Assembly: GCA_027623675.1 (NCBI GenBank)
Contig: JAQBVF010000001.1
Span: 32,001-96,000, forward strand
Source: Chloroflexota bacterium
GTDB taxonomy: Bacteria > Chloroflexota > Dehalococcoidia > Lucifugimonadales > UBA3495
Direction of reading: 5' to 3'
Length of the DNA stretch: 64,000 nt
The notes beneath the pieces were generated by a model. It was not told the DNA's origin. It made no database searches and saw nothing but the letters and a program-made list of their open reading frames with translations. Below are positions 61,518-64,000 of this stretch, in pieces; the stretch's first letter is position 1; each line of letters opens with the position of its first letter. The position numbers and the translations under genes were made by a program.

Positions 61518-62513
61518 CTAAACCAGCTTCATCTGGAAGCCAGCGTCCTGCTTATGGCCGCGGGCGTTCAGGTGGACGGCCGGGTAGCCCAGCTCCCTCA
61601 GGCGGGCGGCAAGCTCGGGGAAGCCGTTAACGGTGTAGACCTGCTTGGGGCCGACCGCTTTCACGTACTCCACCAGTTCGTTGAAGTCGGGATGATCGCT
61701 GTAGGGCAAACTGGCATCGGCGGCCCAGCCCCACGGAGTGTTGCCGCCCACCGCCCAGCCGGTCAGTTCCAGGGTCCGCTTCCTTGAGAACCCCTTCAGG
61801 ACCTCGCGCTTCTTGCCCGGTGGAAACAACAGCACCCAGCCGTCGGGCCATTCGCCCTCGAACATCCGCACGTGGCCCGGAAATTTCACACCTGCGTCCA
61901 GGTAGACCTGGGTTCCCAGGTAGATGCTCTCCTCGGCCATGACGTCGAACCCCTGGGCCAACAGGTGGTGGAGAATCTCTTGTGACTTGCCCAGCCGCCA
62001 GCCTTTAACCACCGGCCTCTCACCGCGGGACAGCCACATGCGAAGGGTCTTGTAGGCGGTGTCTAAGACCTGTTCTTGCTCCGGGAAAACGTACTCGGGC
62101 CGGCCATAGGTGCTCTCCATGACCAGGGTGTCGCACGGCACCACCTCCAACGGCTCGTTGGTGGGGCTGGGGCGGCTCTTGATGTCGCCGGTGTAGAGCA
62201 GCCGCTCTCCCGTCTCCTTGGACACGATCAAAGCCTGAGCGGAACCCAGGCAATGCCCAGCGGGATGCAGGGTCATGGTGTAGGACGGGGTCTCGTATGG
62301 TTGGTGGTAGTCGAGGAGCACTGGCGCCGATCTGTCGAGGTAATCGCCCAGCAGATTGGCCGTGTTGGGGGTGAGCACGGGACGGGCGTGGCGGCCGGTG
62401 TGGTCGGAGTGGGCGTGGGAGATCAGGGAGAATTCGCGCTTCCTGGTGGAGTCCAGCCAGAGGTCAACTTCGGGCAGGTAAACGCCGCTTTTGAACACTG
62501 CCTGCACAGACAC
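61518..62513 (-). CDS. MBL-fold/beta-CASP metallo-hydrolase (ligase-associated DNA damage response exonuclease-like)
   Basis: SHAHSDH, AGH.LGSAQ, YTGD, ESTYG.P, LGKSQE, SDH.DF. Confidence 0.88.
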   Translation of the reverse strand: MSVQAVFKSGVYLPEVDLWLDSTRKREFSLISHAHSDHTGRHARPVLTPNTANLLGDYLDRSAPVLLDYHQPYETPSYTMTLHPAGHCLGSAQALIVSKETGERLLYTGDIKSRPSPTNEPLEVVPCDTLVMESTYGRPEYVFPEQEQVLDTAYKTLRMWLSRGERPVVKGWRLGKSQEILHHLLAQGFDVMAEESIYLGTQVYLDAGVKFPGHVRMFEGEWPDGWVLLFPPGKKREVLKGFSRKRTLELTGWAVGGNTPWGWAADASLPYSDHPDFNELVEYVKAVGPKQVYTVNGFPELAARLRELGYPAVHLNARGHKQDAGFQMKLV

Positions 62514-62714
62514 ATCCCCACATCAAATATCCGGCCGTTCCCAGGCTGGCCAACGCGGCCAAGTATATCACGCAGCGCGGCGGTGATAAGCTGCCGGACC
62601 GCCTCGCCCATCGGCAGAAACAGGTGCCTCCCATCCCATTGTGCGGTATACTCTGCTGGGCGCTCCCGCGGACTCGATCTCCCAGCGCTCAAATCTTTAT
62701 CTTAAGGCGGGAAT

Positions 62715-63176
62715 ATGCCAGCAGAGATTGGCGATGTGGCCCCCGATTTCAAACTTCCCTCCCCGGATGGGGACGTCTCACTGAGCGACTACAAGGGCAA
62801 CAAGACGGTTGTTCTTTCGTTCCACGTATTTGATTTCACCTCTGGTTGAACCACGCAAGCAACCTCGTTCCGTCAGGAGTACAAGCGGTTCGAGGATGGA
62901 AATGCCCAGGTCCTGGGCATCAGTTGCGACACCGTCCCATCCCACCGGGCCTGGAGCACGGCTCTGGGCGGACTGCCTTATCCCGAGCTATCCGACTTTC
63001 ACCCCAAGGGCGAAACTTCCAAGGCCTACGGATTGTGGAACGAAGAGCGCGGGGCCAGCAACCGGGCTGTGATCATAATCGACAAAGAGGGTGTGGTCCG
63101 GTTCCGGGAGACCTATCAGCCGGGCATCCTGCCTGACCCGAGTGTCATCATGGATTTCGTGGAGGGCCTTGGTTAA
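62715..63176 (+). CDS. Peroxiredoxin (AhpC/TSA, AhpE/BCP-like), probable selenoprotein (TSGU); absent from the ORF track
   Basis: MPAEIGDVAPDFKLP...FDFTSG-U-TTQ...VLGISCD...H.AW...LSDF...YG.......RAVIIIDKEGVVRF; TGA at 62847-62849. Confidence 0.85.
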
Positions 63177-63204
63177 CAGGGAAACCACCGGGGCTTAGCT
63201 CATC

Positions 63205-63240
63205 AAAAAGGCGTCCAAAACAATGGACGCCTTTTTCTTT
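63205..63240 (+). terminator. Terminator after the peroxiredoxin gene
   Basis: aaaaaggcgtcca-aaacaa-tggacgccttttt. Confidence 0.8.
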
Positions 63241-63282
63241 GGTTTTTATGCCAGCTCATTCACGGGTCATATTTTGGCGATA

Positions 63283-63318
63283 AGAAAGGCTGACCTGCAA
63301 ATGCGGGCCAGCCTTTCT
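63283..63318 (-). terminator. Terminator after greA
   Basis: agaaaggctg...cagcctttct. Confidence 0.65.
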
Positions 63319-63341
63319 GCGTTCGAAGGGTATCCGGGGGG

Positions 63342-64000
63342 TTAGCTGATGCCGGTGATTCGCTGCACCTGGTAACGCAGGGTTCCCTTGGGGACGTTGA
63401 TGGTCACTTCATCGCCAACTGAGCGGTCCAAAAGGGCCTGACCCACGGGGGATGTGGTGGATATCTTGCCCTCTGTAACGTCGGCCTCGCGGACATCGAC
63501 CAGGGTGTAGGCCACGGTCTTGCCCGAGTTAGTGTCTTTCAGGGTAATCTTGGCGCCGACCGAGGAACGCGCAACCTTGGAGGAGGCGCCCACCGGCAGT
63601 ATCTGGGCGTTGTTGATGCTGGCTTCCAATTCGCGGATACGGAGTTCGATGATTCCCTGTTGGTCTTTTGCGGCGTCTAGAGGAGCGTTTTCCCGGAAGT
63701 CTTTGTCGGCCATGGCCCGTTTGATGTCTTCAAGAACGAGGGCCCGCTGGTCTTTTAAATCTTCCAACTGGGCAACCAAGCGGTCATAGCCTTCTTGGCT
63801 GAGTTGGGAACCGGAGTGAATAGCACGGGAGGCGGAGCGGGTGGAGGTTTTAGAAGCTCCGGTGGTGCGGCGGGTGCGGGGGACTCGGAGGTGGGATGCC
63901 AAGCCATTGTCGATCCAACCCTGGTCCTTCCAATAGGCCAGGAACACTTTTACTGGGGCCAGACGGTTCGCGGACTCTGATCCGCCGAGACCGATCTGTT
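63342..64000 (-). CDS. greA: Transcription elongation factor GreA with N-terminal extension (5' end outside the window)
   Basis: EGY.RL...L, A...DFRENA..DAAK..Q, GKIS..SP.G.AL; the frame stays open to the window edge. Confidence 0.9.
   Translation of the reverse strand, partial: QIGLGGSESANRLAPVKVFLAYWKDQGWIDNGLASHLRVPRTRRTTGASKTSTRSASRAIHSGSQLSQEGYDRLVAQLEDLKDQRALVLEDIKRAMADKDFRENAPLDAAKDQQGIIELRIRELEASINNAQILPVGASSKVARSSVGAKITLKDTNSGKTVAYTLVDVREADVTEGKISTTSPVGQALLDRSVGDEVTINVPKGTLRYQVQRITGIS

Overview
GC-rich bacterial chromosomal window, most likely Chloroflexota/Dehalococcoidia (SAR202-like). That assignment is inferred from the hsp20/dnaJ-hspR-clp block, the T-box-controlled ilv operon and the N-terminally extended GreA. 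Most of the window is housekeeping: hisS, hisF, hisIE, argS, metG, tyrA-aroA-gmk-lipA, otsAB/rpiB, ilvBNC-leuA, a heterodimeric ABC exporter and assorted hydrolases. There are three accessory patches. (1) The edge of an island downstream of tRNA-Asn (1-3.6 kb): secreted fibre-like protein, Fic protein, DUF1801 protein and an SRPBCC pseudogene. (2) A low-GC, translationally coupled two-gene cassette between metG and the ilv T-box (48.9-50.3 kb), a candidate defence system. (3) A mosaic region at 56.5-61.7 kb: PadR-ChrA, relic gene ends duplicated with mostly synonymous divergence, and an NSS transporter split by a complete IS3 element with an AAG target duplication. Reading through stop codons reveals two probable selenoproteins that the ORF track truncated or missed: a DsbA/FrnE-like UxxC protein and a peroxiredoxin with TxxU. 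Also noted: a candidate sRNA with C-rich loops, a lipoprotein with an apparently permuted beta-domain, a frameshifted mgtE, and a GreA fused to an integrase core-binding-like segment. All family calls come from motif recognition by eye; no database searches were run.
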